64,000 nucleotides of DNA from Sminthopsis crassicaudata. Lineage: Eukaryota. The notes under the pieces are model-generated. The model ran no database searches and was not told the DNA's origin. It saw only the letters and a list, made by a program, of their open reading frames with translations. Where the stretch lies: positions 705,850,958 to 705,914,957 of the forward strand of contig NC_133617.1 in assembly GCF_048593235.1 (NCBI RefSeq), written 5' to 3'. Within the stretch, counting starts at the first letter, position 1; each line of letters starts with the position of its first letter. Positions 12,445-26,200 of this stretch are shown here, piece after piece. Made by a program: the position numbers and the translations under genes.

Positions 12445-13684
12445 CTTCCCTCGGGGAAGCCGGTGCGTGTCCCTGTTCGGGGGAACTGGGGGGAAAGAGC
12501 CAAAGGTAGTGATGAGAACATGCACCGGAGGAAGACTCGGCCGGGGGAAGATGGCAGGTTCTCCTGGAAATCAGGGAAGAGGAGCAGCAGATAGAGAAAT
12601 ACTGAGCCCGGAGCTGCTCTGTTTCCAGGGAAGTGGAAATTAATTGGGAAGGAAACCAGTCCTTAGGAAAGTGTCTCCATGGGGACAGGAAGAACTAACT
12701 TGTGCTCTCTAGTTAGGGGGCAGGCCTAGGAAGGAAGCCGGAGGCAGCCCCGGTGGTCCCCCGGGAGGGGAGTGGGAGAGGAGTCAGGTTATAGTACGGG
12801 GAGGAGAAGGGGGGCGAAACCCGGCCCAGCAAAGGGCCAGCGCCCAGCGGGTGAGGGGGACCGTGAGAGTGGGGGCATCTGCAGAGGAGCTGGGCTGGGG
12901 GGCCGGAGGTGGGGGAGAGACGATCATGGTGATTCCAGGGGTGTGGAGAGGGAGGTTTACACAGATACTGGGAGGGAGAGAAAACAGACTTATGCCAACA
13001 CTGAGAGAGAAGGGGCGCTGTGGGGAGAGGGATGGGACAACATGGGGGTTTGTTATTAAGAAAGGAATGGAAATATTAAAGGGGCTGGCGTTGAGGGGGA
13101 GGGGGGAAGCAGAGAGGACTACCTGATAAAGAAGAGGGCGGGGGTTAATTAGCGGGGGCTAAGGAAAAGGGGGCACTCTCCAGGTACTGGAGGGGAAAGG
13201 GAAATGCCAGAGGAAGGCGCTTAGGGGAAGGGGACAGCACTGGGAGGCTGCCCCCAGTGGGGTGCTCAAGGGGGGGCCGGGGCTGAGGTTAACCACCACA
13301 CGGAGGAGGACTCTATCTGAGACGGGGCGATCCTGGGAAGGGGAACTGATTTTAAACCAAGTAGTCAGGGGGTCGGGACAAGACGGGGGGGGCTGATTTT
13401 AATCACGTATTTGGGGAGCCGACGCTGGGAGGGGCTGATATTAACAGATTCAGGGGGGAAGGGGGTGATACTAGGGGGCCGACATTAACGGAGGTACTGA
13501 AGGGAAGAGGGACAGCAGGGGGCTCCTATCAAACGGCGGGGGGGAGGGGGTGGGAAGAGAGGGGTTGGGGGGAGGGGATGACTGGGGCGGGGGGGAATGA
13601 CACATGCCCCCCCCTCAGTTCCGGGGCGGGGCGGGGGAGGGGAGAGGAGGGGGCGGGACCCGCGGAGGGTGGGGCCGTCCGTAC

Positions 13685-13860
13685 CCGCCGTCTTCTAGAG
13701 CCCGGATGGCCCGGGGGCTCCAGGGGCCGCGCCCAGCCCAGCCGCCCTCGCGCCGCCGCCGAAGCCGCCACTGAAGCCGCGCCGCCGCCGAAGCCGCCGC
13801 CGCCGCAAGCCTCCGCGCGGCTGGGAGCCTTCGCAAGCTCCGCAGTCTAGGGGGCGGTGC
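13685..13860 (-). other. CRELD1: Putative non-coding first exon of CRELD1 (GCC-rich 5'UTR); upstream boundary approximate
   Basis: Donor CGG|GTACGG at 13685 inside the CpG island. The acceptor of the ATG exon is GAACAG|GG at 12472. Confidence 0.5.
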
Positions 13861-14060
13861 CAGCCCTTTCACCAATGGCGGCTGGCCATGTGCCTTGACG
13901 TCGCTGCCAGAGCGACCAATGGGAGCGGGCCTCGAGCTGCACCTGTCCGCGCTTTTAAAGAGACGACGCGCGGACCCCGCGAGGGAGGGGTCCAGGCCTC
14001 CCCAGATCTTAGCACAGATGCATAGACTGGAAGCTCGGAAGCTACAAAAATAAGTCCATC

Positions 14061-14066
14061 TTTATT
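14061..14066 (-). terminator. IL17RC: IL17RC polyadenylation signal
   Basis: TTTATT on + (AATAAA on -), about 150 nt after the stop codon. Confidence 0.6.
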
Positions 14067-14217
14067 ACCCACATGTGCCCGCACAGCCCAAAGCCGGGCT
14101 CCCCTCCCCCTCCCCCACAGGTTCTCAGGCACCGACGGGCGGGACTTCCAGGGGAGAGGCGACCTTTGCTCCGGGTCCCGAGGCCGGACTCCGCTTCCTG
14201 CCCCGGGGCCCGCCGGG

Positions 14218-17200
14218 TCAGAGGGAGGACGATGACCCCAGCTGCAGGCACTCCTCCAGGGCGGGCCGGAGGTACTGACCCACGCGAGCGGCCTGCGCGC
14301 TGACAGTGTCCCGGCGCCGCGTGGCAGGCCCCACTAGGGCCCGCAGGAAGGCGGGCATCTGGGAGGGCAAGGAGAAGACGGGCACCGCGTGGAAGAGGTC
14401 GGGGATCCCCTGCGGGGGGAGCAGCTCCTCGAAGCAGGCCACCACGTAGCCTCGGTCCGCCCTGCCCTCCAGGAAGTCCGGCAGCACGCAGCTGAGAGAC
14501 GCCCCGAAGGTGTCGGCGGGGCGCGCTGGTCCCTGGGGGGCGCGCGCCTCGTGCAGCCACTCCTGGCACAGCGCCACGGCCCCGGGGGAGAAGAGCAGGA
14601 TGACCACCCCGCCTTCCTGCAGCGCCTGGCGACGTTGGGCGTGAAACCAGGCCAGGGGGCCCAGAGCACTTAACTCCCTGCGATGCCACAGGTCCACGGC
14701 CACGGAGAGCGGCAGCTGGCCCAGCGCCGTGGCCAGCGTGCCCACGAGGCGCTCGAAGCCGGCGTGGTCCGGAGAGTAGAGGAGCAGGGCCCTGCGGGCC
14801 CGCGCGGCCCCTGCGACAAAGACAGCCGCCGTTAGGCGCTCTCCCGCCCCAGCCGGGAACATCCGGGCCTCTGTCCTAGCCCCGAGTCCCACTGTACGGA
14901 GGTGTGGCCTGGGACCCCCTTGAAACTCACCCCCATAGCGGTAATCGTCCTTCAAGAATTGCAGCCACCCTGTGAAGGGAGAGGGGCAGAGGCAGCCAAT
15001 CAGCGAGAACGGGCTCGGCGTGTGCCTTCGGCGTTCTAGGCCTCGGTCTCATCCTTCTAGGGGTATGCCCCACCTCCCTCTCCTCCCTCCCCGCTAAGGA
15101 CTTCCTAACCCGCCCTTCGCTACACCCCGGCTGGTCAGGAAGAGGAAAACCCCGAGAGGCCCGGGCAGGAGAGGTCTGTTCTTACCGGCCGGGAGGTAAC
15201 GACCCTGAGAGAGGGGGCCGCTTCTCACCTTTCATCCCGTCTCTGTGGAGCAGGAAGAGAAGCAGGATGCAAGCAGCCAGGACCAGGAAAGCCAGCCAGA
15301 CCAGGACCCACCGCTCATGAGTGTCTGAGGACAGAAGTCGGCGCCGGGGCTTGGGACGTGGGCCCGCGGGGTGGGGTGGGGGGGGGGAGGAGTGGGGGGG
15401 AGGGGAGGCAGACACCACTATCCCACAGATCCCCTCCCTCGAGGCTCTTCCCTTCCCTCCGGCCAGCGGGTCCCCGCCTTTCCCCTACCCCTCTGGACTC
15501 ACACTTTTGAAGAGAGCAAGCCCACAAGATCCCCGTGTCATTCCACAACTGAAAGATAAGCAATTCATTACTTTCCCGGAGCCCTCCCGGCATGATGGAT
15601 TGCCTCCTCATTTTTCCTCTTCCAGGATCATATCCTGCCTTGCTTCCTTTCCCTCCGCCAGACCCCATCGCTGAAATTCTTCCAAAGCCATCCCAGAATC
15701 TCTACCACCGGAACAACTCATCTTCGAGCCTTTGAGGAACTTCCCGCCCTTGCGAGAGAGAGAGAGACTGACCTGGGTAGTAAGGGAGGTGGGAAAGAGA
15801 TCACATTCCCGGTCAGAGGTTTACTCAGTCAGTATCTATGTGAATTGGACGCGGCTCTTTAGATATCTGGCCCTCTGTTGGAAAAGTTAGACTAGAGAGA
15901 GAGGCAGTGGGTTCATGGATGGAATTTGACGCCTTTGACGACCTGGTTGTGTAACCCTGGATAAGTGTTCTCAGCAGCTCTCTCTAAGATGCTGACATCC
16001 GTTTGATAATCAGTAGAAATTATAGATCCAGGCCCCTAACTGTTCTAGACTAGGTGAGCTCTAAAGGCCCTTTTCAGCTCCGAATCTGGGAACCCTTCCT
16101 GGCGGTTTCAGCTTCACAAAATACTTCCTGATGAATGCTATTGTTCCCATTTGACAGGTAATGACATTAAGCCTGGGAAAAGGTTGGTGGATGTTCCCAC
16201 GTTCACACATAGAACATCTAGGTGGCTTAGTGGAGAGAATTCAGACCCAGAGTCAGAAAGACTTCCTGAATTCAAATTCAGCCCAGTCAAGTGTGACCCT
16301 GGACGAATCATTAACCCTGTTTGCTTCCGGTAACTTATTTATAAAATGAGCTAGAGAAGGCAATGGCAAAACCACTCCAGCAGCTTTGCCAAGAAAACCC
16401 CAAATGGGGCTATACTGAGCAACAACAACACACAGACAATAAGTATTAAGGGTGGAATTTGAACCCAGATCTCCTGGTTTTGAATCCCACACTCCCTATG
16501 CTATGCCTGCCCATACCCAAAATCTTAGATATCCTTCCAAATCTCAATTTAAGGACTATCTTATGTTTGCTTTTCTTCAGGGATACCTTTCCTGAATGTT
16601 CCCCGGCCTCCTAATCTTCTCATCTCCTTAAAGATCTTCCCAAATGTTTTTCGCTTCCACTGCTTCAAATAAATGCTGTACTTTTCCATAATATCTGGCT
16701 TATATAAAAACCTGTATGTATTTTTAAAAATACACTCAGATATATTTCCTTTCAAATAGATCTTTTTCTGAAGACTATATTTAGGGATACCTTATATTTG
16801 GACCAATACAGTCATTATATTTTATCTTATATTATCATGTATGTTTCATGTATGATATCCTGTCTCTACAACTAGACTAAGTTCCATCAAGATAGAAACC
16901 TATAAATGCTATTTCCTAGTATTCCCCATAACAACAGGTATATCAGGAGTTTTTCAAAATGCAATTTGGTTACATTTTGAGAAATATGAATAAATAAGTA
17001 ATAAAATAAATCATAAAATTATGAAATTAATTATAACATGATTCATGTATATTGAAATATACATGATTTGAGCATCAGGAAATTTCTAGTCTTCATGGAA
17101 TCATAGATTTTTAGAACTAGTCCAATCCTTCTTATATTTTAAAATTTATTTTTATTAAATTTTTATTAAAATATCTTGTGTTTTTACATCACCTTCATTT

Positions 17201-20200
17201 CTGAGCATATCTTTCCCACTATCCCTATCCAGCAAGCCATTGTAATAGAGAATAAATAAGAAAGAGGGAAGAAAATCGGTTTGATAAAACTAGCCAAGAT
17301 ACCTGATAGTGCATGCACCTCTGCAAAGAAAGGAAGGAGGCGTATTTTCTTATCTCTTCTTTTGAGCCAAGTTTGGTGATTATAATTACATGGTATTCAG
17401 AGTTTTTGTTGTTGCTGTTCTTTCCTTTTACATTTTAACTTGGAAGGAAATTGAAGAGCATGAAATCTAAATGACTTGCCCATGAACTTGTAACAGGTTA
17501 GAGGAAGAGTTAGTAGTGTTGTTTGTTTATATTCTTCTGTTTTAACATGACAGCAAATTATCAAGAAATTATGGAAAACCCTTCCTGGAAGGTTCTAAGA
17601 TCAGAAATTTAAATGCAAAGAGAAATTCATTCCTGGCAGAAAAATTACCACATACTCCACAGTCTTATAGCATAAAAAGAAATCTAATAATGCCGTCTAA
17701 AAATGAGTATTTCCCCAGAGGCCAGCCTGTGGGGGGGGGAGGAGGGAGAGAGAGCAGGGGATGGCAAAGCTCACTACAAATAGCAAGAGATCAGGTTTCC
17801 TACATCAATCATCTCCTATATGGCAGGCACTTTGTAAGGTGCTGTGGGATATAGAAAAACAGCACTGGAGGCTTTTTATTTGCTTCCTGTGTTCATTAGT
17901 TTCCTCATTAGTCAATTATCTCCTTACAGCTAGATCGGGTCCTTGCTTCCTCCACATCTTCCTAGAAGGTTCAGCCTAGAACTCTGTACAAAATAGATCC
18001 TTATGGGTGGTGTTTATTATAGGATAACAGAATATTAGTTCTCATAGAGACTTTAAAGACTAGGATTAAAACCAGAAGGGACCTTGTTAATAGTGTTAGC
18101 CCATGAAATGTCAGGGCAAGCAAGGAACCTAAGCACAGACTTTTAGATCTGGCAGAGACCTGAAACCATAAAATGTAAGAACACAGAATGTGACAATCAG
18201 AAGGAACTTTACAATATTGCATGTTAGCCAAGGAGAATAATTTACACAATGATCACAGTAAAGTAAAGGAAACAACACTGAAAGACTTCAGATCTCTGAT
18301 CAATGCATTGATCCATCCTGACCTCAGAGAACTGATTGATGGTGAAGCTTGGCTCTCATCAGTGAGCTTAGGAGATGGATCACACAGCAGTGCAATGGGG
18401 GACACATTTTCCAACATGGCTACTGGGTTGATTTGTTTTTATAAACTGCCCGTATTTGTTACGAGGAGAAGAGGCTATTTTAGACGGTGAGAGACTTCTC
18501 TAGGAAATAGCAGTGACATATATTAGACACTTTAAAAATGATGCCATCTGAGGGACCATGAAACATAGACTGTTAGAACAGTGTTCGTTCCAGAAGAGAC
18601 CTTAGAATGTAGAACATTTGAAGAAGAATAACTTGGGAGGGACCTGAGGGTCTGAGAAGGCAGAATGGCAGAGCTGGAAAGAACCTCAAAACAGATCATC
18701 TTAATCCAGTGCCACCTCCCTTCCTTCCTTCCCTCCTCCCCTACTAATTTCACAAAGGAAAAAATGAAGAAGAAAAAAGAGAAGAAAGGAACATGACTTG
18801 CTTATAACTCATTCGAAGCACTTACAACCCTGTGAGGCAGGAAGGGTGAGTTTGGGTTCAGAATTCTGATTTCATTGACAGGGAACTTCCACATCAGGAA
18901 ACTCCCTCTTCCCATCTGCCATGATTCTTATGATCTTAGTCAGTGGCCTGGGGCACTTGAGGAGGGGGGAGAAGGTTAAGTGACTTGCCCAGTCATACAA
19001 CCACTATATGTCAGAGGTGGGGCTATGAAGCCCGGTTTTCCTAACTCTAAGGCCAGTTCTAACCTGTTTGCTTAAAATCATAGGATCATAGACCTAAGAG
19101 TTGTAGGAACCTCAGAAGCCATCTAGATCACTGTCTGAATTTTATGGATGAGAAAATTGAGGCATAGCAATGCTAAATGATTATCAGTTACCCAATAATA
19201 AGTGTCAAATCCAGAAGCCACACAGAATCAAAGGTGAGTTTCCCACTGTACCATACAATTCTTTATTGCTCCCATATTAGATTTGAGGTACCTAACAAGG
19301 GGCAGAGTAAAGTGACTGCCACAATGGAAGCATCAGATTTGGAACCCAAAGGCGGGTCTTCTGCCTCTCTCCAGCCTTCCTTCCATTCTCCCAGTCCTGG
19401 ATGTTTCACTGGGTTGCCCTCCCGCCCACTACCTGCCCACCTTTGCCAGCTTCTTGCCTCTACTGACCTGCATGCACTGACCGGATTGCAAGTCTTGAAG
19501 AAGCTGTTTTCCAAAGAAGGCTGCTCTCTGTCAAGCCAAAGATAGGAGCTGTCACATGGGGGGAGGGGAGGCCACTGGAGCTGGGGGGAGGGAAATTGTG
19601 GAGGGCAGGCAGAGGAGGAGGGAACTTGAGGGAAGAAAGGAGAGAGCTCCAAGGTAGGGGGAAGGAGCTGAGGGAAAGAAGGGAGGTGCATAGAGGTAAG
19701 ACCCTTCAAACTTCAAACCTTACTTTGGGGACCTGCAAGTGATCTCAGCCTTATGGCCAAAGGGTTTGAAAGGAAAAAACCAGGGAGTAAAACAAATCAA
19801 GGACAAAAAGGGAGGAGGGATCTTGGATATTACTGAGTATTTTACAAATTTTACATTTTGCAAATAAGGAAATGGAGGCACCAAAGATGTAACTGATTTG
19901 CCCCAAATCACAAATTAGTAAGTCACTGAGTTGAGATGTGAATATGTGTTTTCCTGACTCCAAATTCAATGCCAGAGGAGGGTGGGAAACCTCACTGGAA
20001 GACTGGGGGGGCTGCAGTTCAGAGTGCCTTTTGGGGATGGGAGAGGAAGACATACGGAATAGGAAAAGAGCTATAGGATGTGGGGTTGGGTCTTACCGTA
20101 TGGGCCATGCTTGGCAGTGGGGTGCACCCACTGCTCTCCATGGCACAGAAAGAGTGGTTCTGCAGAGGTCCCCAAGTCTCCAGCAGCAGCATGTCATCCC

Positions 20201-23200
20201 TTAGAGGACCCAGAATATCTGGGAGGGATTAAAGGTCAGAAAAATTAGAATGAGAACTTTTCATTCTCTTCAACTTGACCACCACACCTTCTCCTCCCCC
20301 AGCTTAACTTGTTTCTTCCCCAGGCCAGACCACTTCCCCCCTTTCTTCCCTAGGCCATATTTCACTCACTCTCCTGTGGGCATTCCTGAATCTGGAGCTT
20401 TTCCCCACTCCATACCTGCAGGAAAGAAGGAGAATCAGGAGGCCTGATGAGGAGAAGTCTCCAGGTAAAAGGAAGGGAAAAGGCAGGGGATGGGGAAAGG
20501 AGGAGGGCACACACGCTAAATAAAAATAATAATAAGCAGCTAGGTGGCTCAGTGAATAGAGCATTTGTTCTGGAGTAAAGAGAGCCTGAGTTCAAATCCA
20601 GCCTTCAGGCACTTACTAGTGAGCCTAGGCAAGTCAATTGACCCTATTTGTCTCAGTTTCCTCATCTGTAAAATTAGCTAGGAAAAAAATTTAGCAAACC
20701 ACTGCAGTTTCTTTGCCAAAAAAAAAATTGGGATCACAAATTGAAAATGATTTAACAACAAAAGTCACTTTGTGGATAGATCACTAAGCCTAAATTCAAT
20801 CCAGTTTCAGACAGTTATTTCAGCTTTATGATACTGGGCAAGTCACAACCTCAGTTTCATTTATAAAATGAGGATAATAAGAGGATCTGCNNNNNNNNNN
20901 NNNNNNNNNNNNNNNNNNNNNNNNNNNNNNNNNNNNNNNNNNNNNNNNNNNNNNNNNNNNNNNNNNNNNNNNNNNNNNNNNNNNNNNNNNNNNNNNNNNN
21001 NNNNNNNNNNNNNNNNNNNNNNNNNNNNNNNNTTGAGGATAAGTTTAAATGTAAAAATAAGTTATAATGAGGAGGAGGAATTTTGGTATTGTACGTAATG
21101 AATCAGGAAGATCTGTGTCCAGTTCTAGCTTTGAGATCCTGGACAACTCACTTAACTATTCAGTGGTTCCAGGCAGCTCCAGGACCATGGGCTGAAAAGC
21201 AACTACCTCACTGCATTGATAGAAGTTTTTATATTGGAAGTTTTCTATGCCCATTAAGTCAAAGGTTGGAGAATAATGATGATAATCCCTCACAAATTTT
21301 ATGGCAATTTATATATTTTCAAAAAGTTCTTTCATATATTTTATCTTATCTTCAAGATTAAAAAAACAAGTATTTGTCAGAAAAATATGACGTCTGAGGA
21401 CAAGAGGTCCTGTGCTTCCACCTACTAGCTCAGCTGGACTTTCAAACCAGGATTTGTACCCTGGGTCCTGCTGGCAGTATGATGAATGCTATGGTCTCCT
21501 CTTATATTCATAATTGAAGAAAATGCTCCATTTCAGTTAAAGGTTGGCAAGAAGAAAGCAGTGATTTTCATCCTTTCTAAGTTCCCAGACCCCTTGAAAT
21601 TTATCCACCAATCCTTTGAGTCTGAGGAAAGTGAGTGTAAGAATCCCTTATCTAGCCCAATCCTCAATTGTACAGATGCGGAACCTGAGGCCCCTTGTGA
21701 CTTGTTTTAGGTCACAAAGCTAGGTCCTAGTATAGCCAGTCCTAAAACCTGATGATCTCCTATGCTAATGTTTTTTCCATTGCACCAAAGGTGGTCCTCC
21801 AAACAGTCCCTGGGAGTAGACAGAAGTGGGTCTGAGTCTAATCATTTGCCAGATGAGGAAACTGAGTCCCAGAAAAGGGAAGGGGCAGGCCAGGGTCCCA
21901 TAAGGAGTTTGTGACCGAGTTAGAAACAGATTCCAGAGCTCCAGTTCTACTGGGATCAGAATTCTTTCTCTTCCTTTGGAATCTCACCTGAACACAGACA
22001 TTAGGATGGAGAGTCAGCAGAGGGAGGTCCTGGAACTTCTGCAGAGAAGAGGAGGGAAGGAGAGAAGGAGATCNNNNNNNNNNNNNNNNNNNNNNNNNNN
22101 NNNNNNNNNNNNNNNNNNNNNNNNNNNNNNNNNNNNNNNNNNNNNNNNNNNNNNNNNNNNNNNNNNNNNNNNNNNNNNNNNNNNNNNNNNNNNNNNNNNN
22201 NNNNNNNNNNNNNNNNNNNCCTCTCCACTTTTTGGATTATCTGAGCTAATTTCCAGGTAACCATCCCTGGTTTCTCCCTTCTCTCCTCCTTCAGCTATTC
22301 CCCTGCTACTCCTTAATTCCCCATCTCCCTCTTAGCCCCCAACTTTGTCTTCCCTTCCCTTACATTCAGAGTGACATTCTTCTGAGGCAGGGGCACCGGC
22401 AGCGGGTAGCAGAGCTCGCTATCCACCGGCTTCCAACAGAGAATGATCTCGGCAGACAAGGAGCAGGGCGCCTCCACCATCCAGCTCAGGCTTACTGTCC
22501 CCAAGAACTTCAGCTTCAGTTTGGTCTGGTTCCACAAGTTCTTGTGGGCTTTGGGGTCTAGAGAGGAAGGGTTGTGGGAGACCCGGGTGTTCCTCACCTG
22601 TGCACCTGCCAGAGGATCTGTCCCATCCCTCTCATCACGTTTTATTTCCCCTCTGTATTCCTAGCTCCACACCCGCCCTGACACTCCAAGACCAGACACT
22701 GCCTCCCTCTGCTTCCATCCCAGGCCCCAAACTCTCTCACCCTCCTTGAATGGGCAAAGGTAGTTTCTGATGGCATCTTCCTCTTCCTTTATCCACATCT
22801 GGAAAACGAATCCATTTGGGGAAGGAACAGAAGGCAAATTTTAACCTTCCTTTGACTTAAGAACAGGGTCCTTTCTTCCTTTTTCTCTCATCCCCCTTTA
22901 TGCTCCTCCCATACTCCTCTGGCTCAGGGAGACAATTCTAAATCTACCACCACCAGCAGCCAGCTTCAAATCTTGAATAGGTTCAGTTCTTACCTCAATA
23001 CAGAGGCAAGGGACAAGATCCGTTTGGTTCAGGGTGATATTCTGTGGTCCTGTCTAGGGGACAAATCAAGGACAGAATCTGAGATAATACTACTACTACT
23101 ACTGGGAAGTGGGATGGGCAATCAGGGCAGGGAGGGGGAGAAGACAACTCTTGGAAAGCAAACAAAAGACCAAGGAGCCAACCAGGACTGAGATTAGAGG

Positions 23201-26200
23201 AATAATATGATTTATGAAAGCTTGGGGCAGCTCTATTCCCCAGTAATCTCCCTTTCTGCAAATCACCAGTGCATGAAATTCTATCATTACAGATTGACCA
23301 TTTGGGTCCTGGAGGCTTTCTTGTTTTTGAGAGTTTCTTTTTAAAATAAAAATGCTCTTAGAATTAAGGGTAAGGGCAGAAGGGAAGATAGGAACTCTTA
23401 AACTTGTCAGAGAACACCACATGTAGGATGTACTGATTGTCACCAGAGAACAAGCTCGAGATAGGGGATGGTCTGAGCAAAGGAGGGGTCAGGAAGGAGG
23501 AAAGACAGGAAAGATAGGAGGGACCCTAAGAGGAACTTCAGAGATTGAGAGGAAGGGGAGAGACTGAAAGACTCAAAATTGGTTGGTTGAAGGGGAGGGG
23601 ATCAGAAGAGATTTGATTAGGAGATCCTAGTCAGGAGCCAGAGGGGAGATTTCTGGGGGGAGAAGGAAAAGCTGATAGGGTGAAAGAGAAATGAGGGGTT
23701 AAAGAGGGAAGCTAGATCCTTTCTCACCAGGACTTCAAGAAACTTTGTTTTACGACCCCCGCTCTGATTCCAGTAGAGAGAAAGGAAATAGTTTTGCTCT
23801 GTGGAGATGTCTATCACCAGCTGTATATCATCCCCTTCATTGGAGATATTGAACCAGGGCAGCACTGGAAGGAAATTAAGGGTAGGGAAGGAAGAGTTTC
23901 ATTCTGTCTGTCCCCCAACTCAGACTGCCCTCTGTCTTCGACAGCCCCCCCAATTTGTTCTTCCTCCCAACTTCCCCCTCCTTTCAACCTGACTCTGTTC
24001 TATACCAAAGCAGCTGGGGACGCTGTTCTGCAATTCCGGCCTGACGCAATCTGAGGAGAGAATAGAATGAAGGTTCTTAGTAGGGATAAGGGAAAAAACA
24101 GAAGGAGAGAGGACACTGTCTCTTCACTGTTTTTATTCACTGGCTGAGCAGGTAAAACATCAATAAGTGCTTTTTTTCTTTTTTTAATATGCACAATTTT
24201 AATATGCACAATTTATATGTGAGTCATGTTGAGAAAGAAAAATTAGAATAAAAGGGAAAAACCATGAGAAAGAAAACAGAACCAAAAAAGAGGTACTTTT
24301 CCTGAACTATTTTTTCTTTAAAAAATTATGGATGATTATGTGATGATCAACTATGATAGATTTGGCTCTTTTCAACAATGAGGTAATTCAAGGTAATTCC
24401 AATAAACTTGTAATGGAAGGAATCATACCTCATCTAGAGAGGGAAGTATAGAGACAGAATGTGGATCAAAGAACAGTTTTTGTTGTTTTGATTTAACATA
24501 TATTTTAAAGTATTTAACGTGTATTAGACTACCTGTCATCTAGGGGAGGAGGCGGGATGAAGGAGGGGAAAATTTGGAGCAGAAGGTTTTACAAGGGTCA
24601 ATGTTGAAAAATTACCCACGCATATATTTTATAAATAAAAAGCTTTAATAATATAGATATGTTTAGGGTCATTTCAGAAATTGATGGAAATTCTTTCTTA
24701 ATTCCAAACCAAAATTTTTTTAGGATTTTTTTTAAATTTTATAATTATAAAAATTTTTGACAGTATATATGCATGAGTAATTTTTAAATAACATTATCCC
24801 TTGAAAGAATACTGTTTTCAATACTATTTTTTTTGGTTGGTTGGTTGCTTGTTTTTTTCTATTTTTTTTCACTTTTTGATGATTTTTCTTTGGAAGCAGG
24901 ACAAATATGGAAATATCTTTAGAAGAACTGCATGTATTTAACCTATATTGGATTACTTGCTGTCCTCAGGAGGGAAGGAGAAAAATTTGGAATACAAGGT
25001 TTTGAAAAAGTGAATGGTGAAAACTACCTTTGTGTGTAAAATAAAAAGCTATTGGGAAAAAAAAAACTTTAAAGAATTCTTAGACATACTAGATGGTTTT
25101 CTTGGAGAGAAGAGGCTCTATTAGAAATATAAGTGATATAAAAATGAGAGCTGTCAATAAAAATTTATATTTATAAAAACCTCTCAATTTCAAATAAAAA
25201 CGGTTAGTTTCAGATCCTTTCCTGATAGTAGGTTGTAATAGGGAGAGAAAGAAAGCAGATTTGACGGGAAGGGATCCAACAAGATAAAGCTAAAGAAACC
25301 CAAGACCAATTTCCCCTCCTTTCCATTTTGCCAGGGCCATATCTTGTTTCTCCCTTCCCACAGTGGCCAGGCACTCACCTGGCACTTGTTGTATATGACT
25401 GAGTTCTTTTTCATAGGGGGGCTCAGTATAGATCCGTACTTCCTCCCCTACTGGTGCCTTAAAGCAGTCAAATACCAGTGAGCCCTGAAGAAAAGCCAAA
25501 ACCCCACAAAAGATCAGTGTTAAAGTGACTAACTGCATCCTCAGCTCTCCTGACTTTCTTTAACCTTCCAGGCCCTCCCAGTCCCTCCTTCCATGCTCCT
25601 CTAGAGGCAAAGTAAAAATCATTTCCACACTTCAGCCTTGGGAAGTTATGAGGGAGTACAGAGACCCATTTTAGAGATAAGGAAATTAAGGTCCAAAGAG
25701 GGAAAGTGATTCGTCCATAGCTGATAAATGTAGGAATCATTCAAAACCAGATGTTTTGACTTCAAGTTTAGTAGCCTCTATAATATAATTAATTTCTAAA
25801 TGACAAAATGGACAGATAGCTACAGGCCTGGAGTCAAGAAGACTTGAGTTCAATTCTAGCCTCAGATGATTACTAGTGGATTCTGGGCAAGTCACTTAAC
25901 TGCTCCTGCCTCAGTTTCCTCAACTGTAACCTCCATTGGGATCAATAATAGCATCTGAATCCCAGGGTTGTTCTGAGAATCAAATGAGGTAATATTTGTG
26001 AAGCACTGAAAAGACAGTGACTAGTACCTAGTAAGTTCTTAATAAATACTTCTTCCTTTCCCGTTATGTTGAGGGGAAAAGCTCTACCCAAGGTCAATTC
26101 CTTCCCTGAAATACTCTTTGTTTTATTTTTTATTTCAAAGCATCATCATAATTATCGCCTTATCTGTTCCCGAAAACAACCTTATGAGGGAGTCAGAACA

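Larger units (their letters stand above)
13560..15400. promoter_or_regulatory. CpG island spanning the CRELD1 promoter and the IL17RC 3' exons
   Basis: Dense CpG; GC boxes (GGGGCGGGG about 13623); CCAAT motifs at about 13872 and 13916; YY1-like ATGGCGGC at about 13876. Confidence 0.7.

Noticed and set aside
13529-13771. MAASAAARG... ORF resembling an N-terminal leader
   Set aside because: It starts at GTG in a GCC-repeat 5'UTR and crosses the putative exon-1 donor; the true CRELD1 ATG with a signal peptide is at 12444.
18221-18490. 89-aa ORF in the IL17RC intron containing a perfect 16-bp palindrome (GATCAATGCATTGATC, 18298-18313)
   Set aside because: The sequence resembles a decayed marsupial L1 3' end (CTGAAAGACTTCAGATCTCTGATCAATGCA...), and about one 16-bp palindrome is expected by chance in 64 kb.
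20891-22219. N gaps inside IL17RC that might hide exons
   Set aside because: The exons on either side join in phase and the reconstructed protein has no missing segment relative to the recalled human sequence.
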